A stretch of 64,000 nt of DNA, taken from positions 19,344,001 to 19,408,000 of the forward strand of contig NC_043023.1 in assembly GCF_006345805.1 (NCBI RefSeq), in the 5' to 3' direction. Positions 23,218 through 36,600 of this stretch are shown one piece after another (the first letter of the stretch is position 1; each line of letters opens with the position of its first letter). The translations under genes and the position numbers were made by a program. The notes under the pieces were generated by a model. It was not told the DNA's origin and ran no database searches. It saw nothing but the letters and a program-made list of their open reading frames with translations. This stretch comes from Octopus sinensis. Taxonomy: Eukaryota.

Positions 23218-23829
23218 TGCATGTATACATATACATAATCATTTAACATCCGTTTTCAATGAAGGCATGAGTTGGACAGTTTGACAGGCGCTGGCAAGCC
23301 AGAGGACTGCACCACACTTTACTATCTGTTTTGGCATGGTTTTCACAGCCGGATGCCCTTCCAAATGCCAACCACTTTACAGGGTGGAATGGATACCTTT
23401 TACGTGACAAAGAACCTTTGATAAGAGGGGTACAGGAGAAGGTAGTCTTGTGCCAGGTAATGAGAGGTTTGAGCGTGACATAGGGACCAAAACATGAGTC
23501 CTGCCATTGAGGAGATACATGGTTACCCTGGAAAGAGGCAGCGGGAGCGTGTTGGTGTTGGTGGTGATGTGCCCAGGGAATATTCTCAAGGTACTCGGAT
23601 ACAAATAAAAATATGAAGGTAGAGTATACTGCCAAGGGTGGGTGCACGAGAAGGGGATTCACATGAATGCAAAAGAGGTGAGGGTAGTGCAGTGACTGGT
23701 GAAACCTGGGTATTTTGAGGTGGGGGATAGCAGGATAGCAATGACGCAGGAGCAGTGAGGACAGGATTGGGCTACGGAAGAGATAACCATAAGTGTAGGG
23801 CATGAAAAAGACGAAATGGGAGGAAGAGA

Positions 23830-24830
23830 TGTACATATGTGCATTATATATATATATATACATACATTCACGCATATACATACATACACCTGAATACAGA
23901 CATACATATGCATATACACATATATACATACATAAACACACACACACTATATACATATATATATAAACATATATATATACATAAACACACACACACTATA
24001 TACATATATATAAACATAAATATATACATATACATACATACATATACATACATATATATATATACACATATACATATACATACATATATATACACATATA
24101 CATACACATACATATATATACACATATACATACACATACATATATATATATATACACATATACATACATATATACACATATACATACATATATATATATC
24201 ACATATACAGATATACACATATCCATACATATATATTATACACATATACATACATATATATATATACCATATACATACATATATATATACACTATACATA
24301 CATATATATATATACATACATATATATATACACATATACATACATATATATATATACATACATATATATATATACACATACATATATATATCTATATACA
24401 TACATATATATATATACACACATATATATATATACATACATATATATATATACACACATATATATATATACATATACATACATATATATACACATACATA
24501 TATATATATACATATACATACATATATATATATATATACATATACATACATATATATAAATATACATATACATACATATATATATAACACATATACATAC
24601 ATATATATATACACATATACATACATATATAATACACATTACATACATATACATACATATTATTATACATATACATACCTATACATACATATATATATAT
24701 ATACATATACACATACATATATATATATATAATACATATAAATATATATATAATATACATATATAGATACATACATATATATATACATACATATATATAT
24801 ATAGTCACAGACCTTAAATGATGATAAGGA
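23830..24830. repeat. Compound (TA/CA/TACA) microsatellite of about 1 kb
   Basis: Read directly from the sequence. Confidence 0.92.
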
Positions 24831-25566
24831 TTTACATATGTAGAGGTATGGCTGTGTGGTAAGAAGCTTGCTTCCGAACCACATGGTGCCAGGTTCAGTC
24901 CCACTACATGGTACCTTGGGCAAGTGCCTTCTACTACTGCCCTAGTCCAACCCAAGCCTTATGAGTAGATCTAACAAACAGAAACTACCATGCGTGATTG
25001 ACTATTTGTCCGCCATCACCATTTGACAACCGGTGTTGGTTTGTTTGTGTCCCCGTAATTTAGTGGTTTGGCACAAGAGGCTTAAAAAGAAAAAAAACAA
25101 GGTACTGGGGTTGATTTGTTCAACTAAAAAACCTTTAAGATGGTGCTCCAGTATGGCCACAATCAATGAAACAAATTAAAGGATAAAAGGGACCACCTTT
25201 TGTGAGTACACCTGTATTTTTTTTTTGGTTCTCATGTAAATAATTAATAAACACGCATCTTTTCCTCCTCTATTGTTCACTTGTTTCAGTCATTAAACAG
25301 CGACCATGCTGGGGCACCACCTTGAAGGATTTTTAGTTGAATAAATTGACCCCAATACTTATTCTATTGGTCACCTTTGCCAAACTGCTAAGTTATGGAG
25401 ACATGACCATCACCATCGTTTAACACCTATTTCCCATGCTGGCATGGGTTAGACCAGTGGTTTTCAACTAGGGTCCATAGAAGAGCCTAGTGTTAAAATT
25501 TTGGTACAAGAAATCAATTACGCTTCTACAATACACAAGATTTTAACAATTTCTTCTATACAATTC

Positions 25567-26258
25567 GTGGCCGTTGCCAGCGCCACCCCGACTCGCTTCT
25601 GTGCCGGTGACACGTAAAAAGCACCATCCAATCGTGGCCGTTGCTAGCCTAGCCTGGTCTCTGTGCCGGAGGCACGTAAAAAGTAACATCCAATCGTGGC
25701 CGTTGCCAGCCTCGTATCCGTGGCGGTGGCACATAAAAAGCACCATCCGACCGTGGCCGTTTGCCAGCCCTGTCTGGCCTCTGTGCCGATGGCATGTAAA
25801 AAGCACCATCCGATCGTGGCTGTTTGCCAGCCTCGCCTGGTCTCCGTGCCGGTGACATGTAAAAAGCACCATCCAATCGTGACCGTTGCCAGCCTCGCCT
25901 GGCCTCCGTGCCGGTGACACACAAACAGTACCATCTGATCATGGCTGTTGCCAGCCTCGCCTGGCCTCCGTGCCGGTGACATGTAAAAAGCACCATCCAA
26001 TCGTTAACGTTGCTAGCCTCGCCTGGCCTCCGTGATGGTGGCACATAAAAAGCACCATCCGATCGTGGCCATTTGCCAGCCTCGTCTGGCACGTAAAAAG
26101 CACCCACTACACTCTCGGAGTGGTTGGCGTTAGGAGGGGCATCCAGCCATAGAAACATTACCAGATCAGACTGGGCCTGGTGCAGCCTTCTGGCTTCCCA
26201 GACCCCAGTTGAACCGTCCAACTAGCATGGAAAGCGGACGCTAAACGATGATGATGAT
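25567..26258 (+). mobile_element. RTE 3' end with a unit of about 61 bp amplified 8-9 times
   Basis: aaaaagcaccatcc...gtggccgttgccagcc recurs every 58-63 bp. Ends in a (tga)n tail. Confidence 0.85.
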
Positions 26259-26555
26259 GAATTCCTAATATTTAATTATAAAAATATAAGATTTTTTTAA
26301 AAAAACACTGAATGGCTGGGAAGGTCTATCATCGTCATCAGCATTACCATCATCATTTAACGTCCTCCATCCATGGGTTGGATGGTTAACAGGAACTGGC
26401 CAGGCAGGAGCCCGCACCATGCTTCTGCGTCTGTTTCGGCATGGCTTTTTACAACTGGATGCCCATCCTAACACCAACCACTCTGCAGAGCAAGTTCAGT
26501 GCATTTTACATGGCACTCACACAGATGGGGGTCAGTGTTGGTATGGGTTTTACAG

Positions 26556-26775
26556 ATAAGGCGGCGAGCTGGCAGAAACGTTAGCACGCCAGGCGAAATG
26601 CTTAGCGGTATTTCGTCTGCGTTACATTGTGAGTTCAAATTCTGCCGAGGTCGACTTTGCCTTTCAACCTTTCAGGGTCGATAAATTAAGTACCAGTTAC
26701 GCACTGGGGTCCATGTAATCGACTTAATCCGTTTGTCCTCTCTGTGTTTAGCCCCTTGTGGGTAGTAAAGAAATA
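26556..26775 (+). mobile_element. SINE family B with a 16-bp TSD
   Basis: ggtatgggttttacag at 26540-26555 and 26776-26791. Confidence 0.88.
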
Positions 26776-27164
26776 GGTATGGGTTTTACAGCTGGATGTT
26801 CTTCCAAATGCCAACCACTCTGCAGTGCGGACTGGATGCTTTTTAAGTGGCACCTGCCCTGGCAGGGTCACCAAGTAACTTTGTGAAACAAGGAATTTTT
26901 GAGAGGCGAGAGGGCAGAGGAAGAGGTGATCTTGTGTTAGACGATGAAAGGTTAGAGCATGACAGAGAGACAGAAACTGATGGCCATCTGAGTAGAACAG
27001 GAATCAAAAGGGGTCCACAAGCAGAAAACGGTTGAGAAACACTGGGTTAGGTGGTCTGAATGAAACTGGTATGCTGGAGAGCTGTACCAGGCTCCAGTCT
27101 GGCCTGGCTTCGTTTCTACAGCTGGATGTCCTTCCAAACAGCAGAAAGGAAGCCAGTGTGCACG

Positions 27165-27535
27165 TGTGGAAGCACTCGGTCGGTTACGACGACGAGGGTT
27201 CCGGTTGATCCGATCAACGGAACAGCCTGCTCGTGAAATTAACGTGCAAGTGGCTGAGCACTCCACAGACACGTGCACCCTTAATGTAGTTCTCGGGGAT
27301 ATTCAGCGTGACACAGAGAGTGACAAGGCCGGCCCTTTGAAATACAGGTACAACAGAAACAGGAAGTAAGAGTGAGAGAAAGTTATGGTGAAAGAGTACA
27401 GCAGGGATCACCACCATCCCCTGCCGGAGCCTCGTGGAGCTTTTAGGTGTTTTCGTTCAATAAACACTCACAACGCCCGGTCTGGGAATTGAAACCGCGA
27501 GTCTGCTGCCCTAACCACTGGGCCGTTGCACCTCC
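27165..27535 (-). mobile_element. tRNA-derived SINE family D, near full length
   Basis: Head ggcccagtggttagggcagcagactc...ttcaattccc. The core ctgtgtcacgctgaat...ctcagccacttgcacgttaatttcacgagcaggctgttccg also occurs at about 3555, 5700, 15740 and 16620. Confidence 0.75.
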
Positions 27536-27671
27536 ACAGTGTGCACGTATGACAGAGCACAAGCATCTTGAGAGAAAAATTGGGTATAAAAGGCATCAGA
27601 TGTGGTGTACAAGAGAGATGACTGTATTGATACGGTCATATGATTTGTATGGATGAGGACAGCAGGAGATA

Positions 27672-27834
27672 GGCGCAGGAGTGGCTGTGTGGTAAGTAGC
27701 TTGCTAACCAACGACATGGTTGCAGGTTCAGTCCCACTGCGAGGCAACTTGGGCAAGTGTCTTCTACTATAGCCTCGGGCCGACCAATGCCTTGTGAGTG
27801 GATTTGGTAGACGGAAACTGAAAGAAGCCTGTCG

Positions 27835-27871
<37 letters not shown>

Positions 27872-28080
27872 ATTTGTGTGTCTGTGTTTGTCCCCCTAGC
27901 ACTGCTTGACAACCGATGCTGGTGTGTTTACGTCCCTGTCACTTAGCGGTTCGGCAAAAGAGACCGATAGAATAAGTACTGGGCTTACAAAATGAATAAG
28001 TCCCGGGGTCGATTTGGTCGACTAAAGGTGGTGCTCCAGCATGGCCGCAGTCAAATGACTGAAACGAGTAAAAGAGTAAA
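27672..28080 (+). mobile_element. SINE family A, full length
   Basis: Matches the other family A copies. Confidence 0.88.
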
Positions 28081-28388
28081 GCTGTGTAAAGAAGTACCAA
28101 TCTGTGTGGAGGGAACCTGTGGAAGAGGTAGACCAGGAAGACATGAGACGAGGTAGTGAAGCAAGATCTTCAAACGTTGGACCTTACAGAAGCAATAACA
28201 AGTGAGCAAAACCTTTGGCAATATTCTGTGCTTCAGAAGACCCGTCAAACCAAGTGAAACCCCAGTCAATCTCTAACTGTGGAAGTAACCTGTGCAAGGA
28301 GTAGGTCTAGCAAGACATGGGACGAGGTGATGAAGCATGATCTTCAAACGTTGGGCCTTACAGAGGCAATAACAAGTGACCAAAACCA
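28081..28388 (+). mobile_element. Two tandem decayed fragments of the RTE ORF2 C-terminus
   Basis: Translate to GTCGRGRP / KTWDEVMKHDLQTLGLT, like the end of the 63063 ORF. Confidence 0.75.
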
Positions 28389-29324
28389 TGGTTCTGAGTT
28401 CATTCCTACTGCAAGGCACCTTGGGCAAGTGTCTTCTACTGTAGTCTCGTGCCAAGCAAAGCATCTTGAGTGGATTTGGTAGACAGAAGGTGAAAGCCCA
28501 TCATATGTATATGTGTGTGTTTGTCCCCCATCACTTGACAACCGGTGTTGGTGTGTTTACATCCCTGTAACTTAGTGGTTCAGCAAAAGAGACTGATAGA
28601 ATAAGTATTAGGCTTAAAATAAGTCCTGGGATCGATTTGTTCAACTGATACCCTTCAAGGCGGTTCTCCAGCATGGCCACAGTCAAATGACAAACAAGTT
28701 AAAGAGTGAAAGAAAATACACATATGTGGATGGAAACTGTGTGGAAGCCAATCACATAAATATGTGATATGGTGTTGGTTTATTTACATCCCTATCCCTT
28801 TGAAGTGCAGCAAAAGAGTACAACAGAATAAGTACCAAACTTTAAGAGAAAATTGGGGTTGATTTGTTTAAGTAAACCATTCAAGGCATTGCCCTAGCAT
28901 GGCCACAGTCCAATGGCTGAAACAAGTAAAAGATGAAAGGTAAAAAGGAAAAAAAAAATAATAAATAAATAACAAGCAACCATTACCAGGATTTGAAACC
29001 AGGACCTTTGCAAATAAAACCAATAATAGAAAAGACTATAATATAACAAAAAGACAAAAAGAAATAAAAGACACCTACAGGCAACGATTATACCCAACCA
29101 AGTAAAAAGAAGAAGAAAAGAGGGTGTATATATACCTGTTACTGTGTCAATATTCGACACAGGTAGAGAAAACTGAAACGAACTCTGACAGAGCTAGGTG
29201 TCATCTTTATACAGTACTCAACATACACAGACGTGTCACTTAGGTTTCACAGAGCAGGTGGCAACTGGCATTTCATTTTTCGGGCAGATTTGCACCTTCC
29301 CATTTCACAGCTGACACAGTAGAT

Positions 29325-29720
29325 CAGTGGTTTTCAACCAGGGTTCCGCAAGAAGTTACAAAACTGCTGAAATCGGCAGTCATTTTTAATTCTCCTGTAC
29401 AGACATGTGTGCATAAGACTATTAAATTATTGCACAGGGGTTCCTCGAGCCAGTGGAAGGTTTCCTTGGGGTTCCGCTCCAGCAAAAAGTTTGAAAAGCA
29501 CTGATATATATATATATTATATATATACATATATATACATCAGTGGTTTTCAACCAGGGTTCCGCAAGAAGTTACAAAACTGCTGAAATCGGCAGTGATT
29601 TTTAATTCTCCTGTGCAGATATGTGTGCATAAGACTATTAAATTATTGCACAGGGGTTCCTCGAGCAAGTGGAATGTTTCCTTGGGGGTTCCGCTCCAGC
29701 AAAAAGTTTGAAAAGCACTG
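29325..29720. mobile_element. Dimer of hAT-like MITEs (29325-29503 and 29541-29720) with one outer 8-bp TSD
   Basis: TIRs cagtggttttcaa / ttgaaaagcactg. cagtagat at 29317-29324 and 29721-29728. Confidence 0.88.
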
Positions 29721-30067
29721 CAGTAGATATTGGCTGCATTTGCTGAGCCAGATGAAATGGGAAGGCACAAAAGTGCACTCTAGATGAGATGTTGCAATGC
29801 AGAGAAAGAGCGAAAATGCATTTTGTCACCCTTCTGTATAAAACTTAAGTAGCATGTTTGTATGTTTTGAGTACAGCATAAATACTTCATTATATACCTT
29901 ATTATTATTATTATTTTTGCATGTGTATGCTCCAGAGAACTGAATTCAAATATCGCTGTTTGACACCTTGATATATTACTGATTGAGCTACAAACATCCC
30001 ACCTCCTATCTCAGGAATGTAATTGTAACACATCACAGGGGTTGTGGTGACTCCTGTTTCTCTAACC

Positions 30068-30260
30068 CAGTGGTTTTCAACCAGGGTTCCGCGGAAACTT
30101 AGGGTTACACCAGAAGTTACAAAAAAGCTAAAATTGACAGTAATTATTATTTCTCCTGTGCAAATATGTGTGCATAAGACAAATTATTGCACAGGGGTTC
30201 ATCGAGCCAGTGGAATGTTTCCTTGGGGTTCCACTCCAGCAAAAAGGTTGAAAAGCACTG
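30068..30260. mobile_element. hAT-like MITE of the same family, single copy
   Basis: Perfect 8-bp TSD ctctaacc at 30060-30067 and 30261-30268. Confidence 0.88.
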
Positions 30261-32069
30261 CTCTAACCAACCATATGATTTTGAGTTCAGCACCACTGCA
30301 TGGTCCTTTGGGGTAAGTCCTAAGCCAAATCTTATAAGTTGGACCGTAAAATCCAAACTGTTCCAGCTTTGATCAGCCTATCAGTGTTGCACGACTAATA
30401 TATTACCCAATCTGTCCTTCCGTTTCTTAATATGGTACAGTATAATCCAATGGAGAAATGACTGCTATTTCTAACATACAGAGCAAGCACATAGAAGCGT
30501 CTCTTGTTAGTTGATGCCAAAGGCAGTTTGGGACAATTCAGTCCAATTTGACTTGACCGATACCTTTGATGTGAACTTTGACAGGTGGTGACTGGGTGGA
30601 GACCCTTTGCATGCACGCACATGTATAAATTCGTAAAAGACAAAATACATTTTGGTGCATAAATTGCTGACAAACAGGTACATCATATAGAAATACCTGG
30701 TGGTACTTCTTCCATCTGAGTGGTACAAATAATCCGTTGAGGTTTCCACTATCAGTGAATGGCTTGTCAGGCACTTAGAGCAAACAATGTGATTGTTTGC
30801 AAAAGGCATGGTATGAAATGAAGCAAAAAAAACCCCTTTAAACAACACTGGTACTGAGGAGAATAGTCATCTGCCCTTCCCTTGGACCATACTGTTGGTC
30901 TTCCCATACTACCAATCCAGACTGGGTGAGACCCACAATTTCTTTTTTGATCATTAATAGTGATCTGTTGAGGCTAGGCAAAAGCCAAATGAATCTCAAG
31001 AATGTAAGCTTTCCAGGTTGTCCCCTTCTTGCTTATCTCAAGTCAATTTCACCAGACTATTAAGGGCCATAAAAGTCATAGGTACTGCCCTTCTTTAACT
31101 TCAATTGACTAGCTTATACAAATAACAAAAACATTGCATATTCCACAAAGGTTCAAAATGATGCAGTTTATGTTTGAATGAAAAATACTATCAAACAGCA
31201 CAACACCAACAATGAACAGAAAGACAGAGCTAATCTCGGCATGCAGACACAGTATGAAATTTTTACTCTCTTTTTTTCTTTTTTATCTTTATCTCTTTAT
31301 CGAGACAATGGCTAAAACACTAATGATGTTGTACACCAATTGTACAGCTTGACAGCTTTTTTTAAGATTGAGAGAAATTCAAAACTTGGACAATGGGTAT
31401 TTCACAGAAGAGCAGTTCATGCTACCAACAAAGATGTCAACAAGGAGATGTCAGTTCAATTCCAACTGAGGTGTATTCACATTAAACTGTCCTCCTTTCT
31501 ATCTATCTTCATTGGTATTTCATTAAAGAAAAAAAAAATCACAAGAAATAAAGAGAAAAAAATAATTTTAAAAAATACTAGCGAGGCAGACAGATTTGAG
31601 TGTCAAAGGCAAAAAAAAGTGACTTACTCCCTGGAGGGTGTGGTTGACCTAGAGTAGAGGAGCTGGCTAGAAAGTAAAATTGGGCCAGATATTAGAGAAG
31701 CATGTCACAGAGGTGAGGGGAGGGGTGCAGGAATTATCTAGAGATACGACATAAGAGAGACAAAGAGATTAGATGCACAAATATTTATTGTGTAATGTAC
31801 AGCCAGACTCCTAACACTCCTACCTTGGCTTTCTTGCTCGGTGGAGTTAATCTACTGGTGCCCAGTTATACTGGTCTTTTTACACAGAAGGATATACAAG
31901 ACAAAGTATAAATAACGGTCTTTGCAAATTCCCTTAATATTGCAAAGTAGAATCTGCAACACTAAGGGAATATGTAAAGACCACTATTTACACCTTATCT
32001 TATATATATAATATATATTATAAATAACAAAAGAAATATACTATGATAAAATTTATTTTGCCACTGGAA

Positions 32070-32235
32070 ATTCTTATTTAACGACATTTGTTTCGTAGCT
32101 TAATAAACATATATATAGACTATTTAGTTTATTATATAATATAATAAGTAATGAATTACATATCATAAAATAAAATATAATAAATTATCCATACATGTGT
32201 ATTAAGCTGCGAAACAATTGTCGTTAAATAAGAAT
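32070..32235. mobile_element. AT-rich MITE-like element with 36-bp inverted repeats
   Basis: attcttatttaacgacatttgtttcgtagcttaata versus tattaagctgcgaaacaattgtcgttaaataagaat, 2 mismatches. Confidence 0.6.
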
Positions 32236-33184
32236 ATTTATGTATAACTTTATACACTCCTCCTGTTTTTCTGTTGTATTGTACTATATATTCTATGCTT
32301 TACAGAAATGATACGAGGAGCTTTGTTTTATGAGTACTACTGGATAACTTGGTTTCACATATTGTGAATAGCATGTGTGTGTGTATATGTATATATATAT
32401 ACATATATGTATGTATATATGTATATATATATACACACACATTTACACAAAAGATGGGTAGATAGGTAAAAGATTGAGAGATAATAAAAGTGTGTGTATA
32501 TATATATATATATATATGTGTGTGTATATGTGTATATGTATATATATATATATGTATGTATATATATATATTGTGTGTGTGTATACTATTGTTAATATTA
32601 CCTGAACCAGGGAATGGTACCATAGGATTCCAGCTATGGTGTGGTCGATGGTCTGCTGCAAAGAAATAGATAAAGAATATTAATGCAGAATAGTTGAGAG
32701 ATGAAGGGGAGAAACCAAATCAAAAACAAAAAGAAAAACAAAAAAAAAAAAAAAGAAAAATTATATCCTTTAAAGTGTTCGCCTATTGGCTGCGTGGTAA
32801 AGCGTTTGCTTCTTAACCAAATGGTTTTAAGTTCAGTCTCACTGTGCAGCACCTTGAGCAAGTGACGATTTTAACCTCCGGATTTGGTAGACAGAAACTG
32901 AACGAAGCCCATCATCTCTCTCTCTCACACACACACATATAGCTGCAGGCAAGGCAGTGTGGTAAGAAGCTTGCTTCCCAACCATATGGTTCAGGGTTCA
33001 GTCCCACTGAATGGCACCTTAGGCAAGTGTCTTTTATTATCCATGCAAGTGGATTTAGTAGACAGATACTGAAAGAAGCCTGCCATACACGCACATATAT
33101 ATATATATATATACACATGTAGTACATATCTACGAGCGTGTCTTTGTCAATATTTCCCTGCCATCTCTTGATAATCAGCCTTGA

Positions 33185-33445
33185 CTGGCTTCTGTGCCGG
33201 TGGCATGTTAAAAGCACCAACCGATCGTGGCCGCTGCCAACCTCCCCTGGCACTTGCGCCGGTGGCACGTAAAAGGCACTCACTACACTTACAGAGTGGC
33301 TGGCATTAGGAAGGGCATCCAGCTGTAGAAACACTGCCAGATCAGACCGGAGCCTGATGCAGCCTCCTGGCTTCCCAGACCTCGGTCGAACCGTCCAACC
33401 CATGCCAGCATGGAAAGCGGACATTAAACGATGATGATGATGATG
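33185..33445 (+). mobile_element. 5'-truncated RTE 3' end
   Basis: Matches the LINE 3' UTR; (tga)n tail. Confidence 0.8.
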
Positions 33446-33680
33446 CTGCCATTTCACATTTATGTCCATTCGTGGCATCCTTGTGTAGCATCCATTTAGC
33501 CCGTTTGGTAATTTCTTTGTCAGTGTCCATGCTCCACAGCCATATAATAGCACTGATTCGACAGCGGGGTGGTGTCATGAAGTACCACTAAGCATTTTTA
33601 TTCCCCAGTGTGCTAACGATTCTGCCAGCCTCAACAGTAATAACAACAATATTATGTAACACTACATTTAACAACATTAA

Positions 33681-33901
33681 CCCTTTCGTTACTGTATTTA
33701 TTTTGAGATGCTCAGTGTTTCTTTCAATTACTTTAAATATAACAAAGAATTTAGTAAAATAACTTAGTTATCATTAAGCTAGTGTTAGGAACGTAAATTG
33801 TGACTAAGGTTTGGTGGAAGATTTTAATTCAAAACTTATGAAAACAAGACATTTGTACTACAGAGCCAGAGCCGGTTTCAGCCGGGTTGGTAACAAAAGG
33901 G
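33681..33901. mobile_element. piggyBac-like MITE, same family as 10247
   Basis: TTAA on both sides; CCCTTTCGTTAC / GTAACAAAAGGG ends. Confidence 0.85.
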
Positions 33902-33933
33902 TTAATGACAAAAATAATAGCAGAAATATTCAC

Positions 33934-34024
33934 CTGCTGGTCTGTCCCAGTCGGGTCGTGGAGGTGCTAACCTGGGATCAGGGGGAGGAGGGCCTCGTTG
34001 CGGGGGTGGTACAGGTCTGGGAGG
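33934..34024 (-). CDS. CPSF6: CPSF6/7 proline-rich exon (91 nt): PPRPVPPPQRGPPPPDPRLAPPRPDWDRPA
   Basis: T-rich acceptor ending caccag, donor GTGAAT. Phase 0 to 1 is consistent. Confidence 0.88.
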
Positions 34025-34295
34025 CTGGTGTTAAAAGAAAAAAAAAAAAGAAAGAAAAATATCAAATTTAACACAAAGTACAAATACATAAATGTGGAAG
34101 CACATGGATTAGTGGTTACGGGGTTGGTCTCATGATCATAACATTGCAGTTTCAATACCTGGTCTGGGAAATGTGTTGTGTTCTTGAACAAACATGTTGC
34201 TTCGTTATACAATTCTATACCTGTGAGATGAGGGATTTGTATTAAATATACTGTTTGTCTGTATTTAATTTTGATTTGCATAGGTTCAAGTTGCT

Positions 34296-34940
34296 ATGAT
34301 CGCTTTTCATTGGTCTGTCTCAATGAGGACTGACCTGGGGCTACACAAAAACTATAGCCACCAATTCTAACTACTATACATTAGATAATGTAGTCCTAGA
34401 TACACTATGCCTGAATAAAAGATGGGATGCTCACAGGTGGAACATCTTTGATCATAGGTCTGTCTTGATCAGGACCGACCTAGGGTTAAACAACAACAAC
34501 AACAACTAGAGCCACTAATACTAACTTCTATACTATAGATTAGATAATATAGTCATAGATACACTATGCCTGAATGAAAGATGGGATGGTCACAGCTGGA
34601 ATGTCTTTGATCATCGGTCTGTCTGGATCAGGGCTGACCTGGGGCTAAACAAAAACTATAGCCACTAATACTAACTCCTATACATTAGATAATGTAGTCC
34701 TAGATACACTATGCCTGAATGAAAGATGGGATGGTCACAGCTGGAATGTCTTTGATCATCGGTCTGTCTGGATCAGGACTGACCTGGGGCTAAACAACAA
34801 TAACTATAGCCACTAAACTAATTACTATACATTAGATAATGTAGTCCTAGATACACTATGCCTGAAGGTAAGATGGGACGGTCACAGCTGGAACATCTTT
34901 GATCATGGGTTTGTCAGGATCAGGACTGACCCGGGGCTAA
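34296..34940. repeat. Tandem repeat of about 146 bp, about 4.3 copies
   Basis: tagtcctagatacactatgcctga recurs at about 34391, 34550, 34695 and 34841. Confidence 0.85.
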
Positions 34941-34972
34941 TCAATAACTGTGGTTCCAATATTTCTACTCAC

Positions 34973-35079
34973 CATTCCAGGGGGTGGGGGCCCTCCAGGC
35001 TGTCGGGGTGGTGGACCTACAAGTGGGACACCAGGTGGTGGTGGCACAGGTGGAGGCGGACCTCCTGGTCGTGGGGGAC
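34973..35079 (-). CDS. CPSF6: CPSF6/7 proline-rich exon (107 nt): GPPRPGGPPPPVPPPPGVPLVGPPPRQPGGPPPPGM
   Basis: Acceptor ttctttttgcag, donor GTGAGT. Phase 1 to 0 is consistent with both neighbours. Confidence 0.9.
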
Positions 35080-35124
35080 CTGCAAAAAGAAAGAAAGAAA
35101 GCATAAAGTCATCTACATTCAAAA

Positions 35125-35705
<581 letters not shown>

Positions 35706-36197
35706 GGGTATGCTTAAGAGTACCTGGCTTTAAGGGTATTGTGAAAGGCCAGGTTGGAGGCCCAACCTTCTGGGTTCTTTTATAGGGCTTAGTAAAAACT
35801 GAAGGGCCACTGCAATAATTGTGTGAATCTGAAATGGGAATATGTTGAATAAAATCATAATTAACAGATTCTCTTGTAGTTTCTTTTACCCAAAGCCAGG
35901 GAACTTTTGCGTACCCCACTGTATTCTTTACTTGCTTTAGTCATTAGACTAAAGCCCATGCTGGGGCACCATCGAGGAATTTAAACTTTGGTATTTATTG
36001 TATCACATATGCATATTTCCTTTTATCATTTTACTTGATTCAGTCCCTAAACTGAAGCCATGCTGGAGCACAGCTGTCAAGGGTCCCATCGGTTGAATTG
36101 ACCTCGGGGGGCTTATTTTGGGATCAGGTACTTATTCTGCACTACTGAATTATGGGAACATAAACAAACCAACACTGGCTATAAGGCAATGGGATAC

Positions 36198-36600
36198 AAG
36201 TTACGCACTGGGGTCGATGTAATTGACTTAATCCCTCTGTCTGTCCTTGTTTGTCCCCTCTGTGTTTAGCCCCTTGTGGGTAGTAAAGAAATAGGTATTT
36301 CGTCTGCCGTTAGGTTCTGAGTTCAAATTCCACCGAGGTCGACTTTGCCTTTCATCCTTTCGGGGTCGATTAAATAAGTACCAGTTACGCACTGGGGTCA
36401 ATATAATCAACTTAATCTGTTTGTCTATCCTTGTTTATCCCCTTGTGGGTAGTAAAGAAATAGGTATTTCGTCTGTCTTTAAGTTCTGGGTTCAAATGCT
36501 GCTGGGGTCGACAACTGAAGTACTAGTTACACACTGGGCTTGAAGTAATCGAATAGTCCCCTCCCCCAAAATTGCAGGCCTTGTGCCCATAATAGAAAGG
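36198..36600 (+). mobile_element. SINE family B partial multimer
   Basis: Two internal junctions aaagaaata|ggtatttcgtctg, identical to those in the 46612 tetramer. Confidence 0.75.

Noticed and set aside
23480-23830. Possible decayed LINE endonuclease region (YLFRSP resembles the YRSP motif)
   Set aside because: No GDFN or SDH motifs were recoverable; too degenerate to call.
19755-24955. Long Y/I/H/T/C/M/V-rich ORFs (also at 35109-35919 and 53116-53584)
   Set aside because: These are translations of TA/CA/TG microsatellites, which lack stop codons in several frames.
27672-27745. tRNA genes at the SINE heads
   Set aside because: A- and B-box-like motifs are present, but there is no complete cloverleaf and each head runs into a SINE body.
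30507-30848. 113-aa ORF or possible poison exon in unique-looking intron sequence
   Set aside because: No domain similarity and no convincing polypyrimidine acceptor. It cannot be supported without RNA data.
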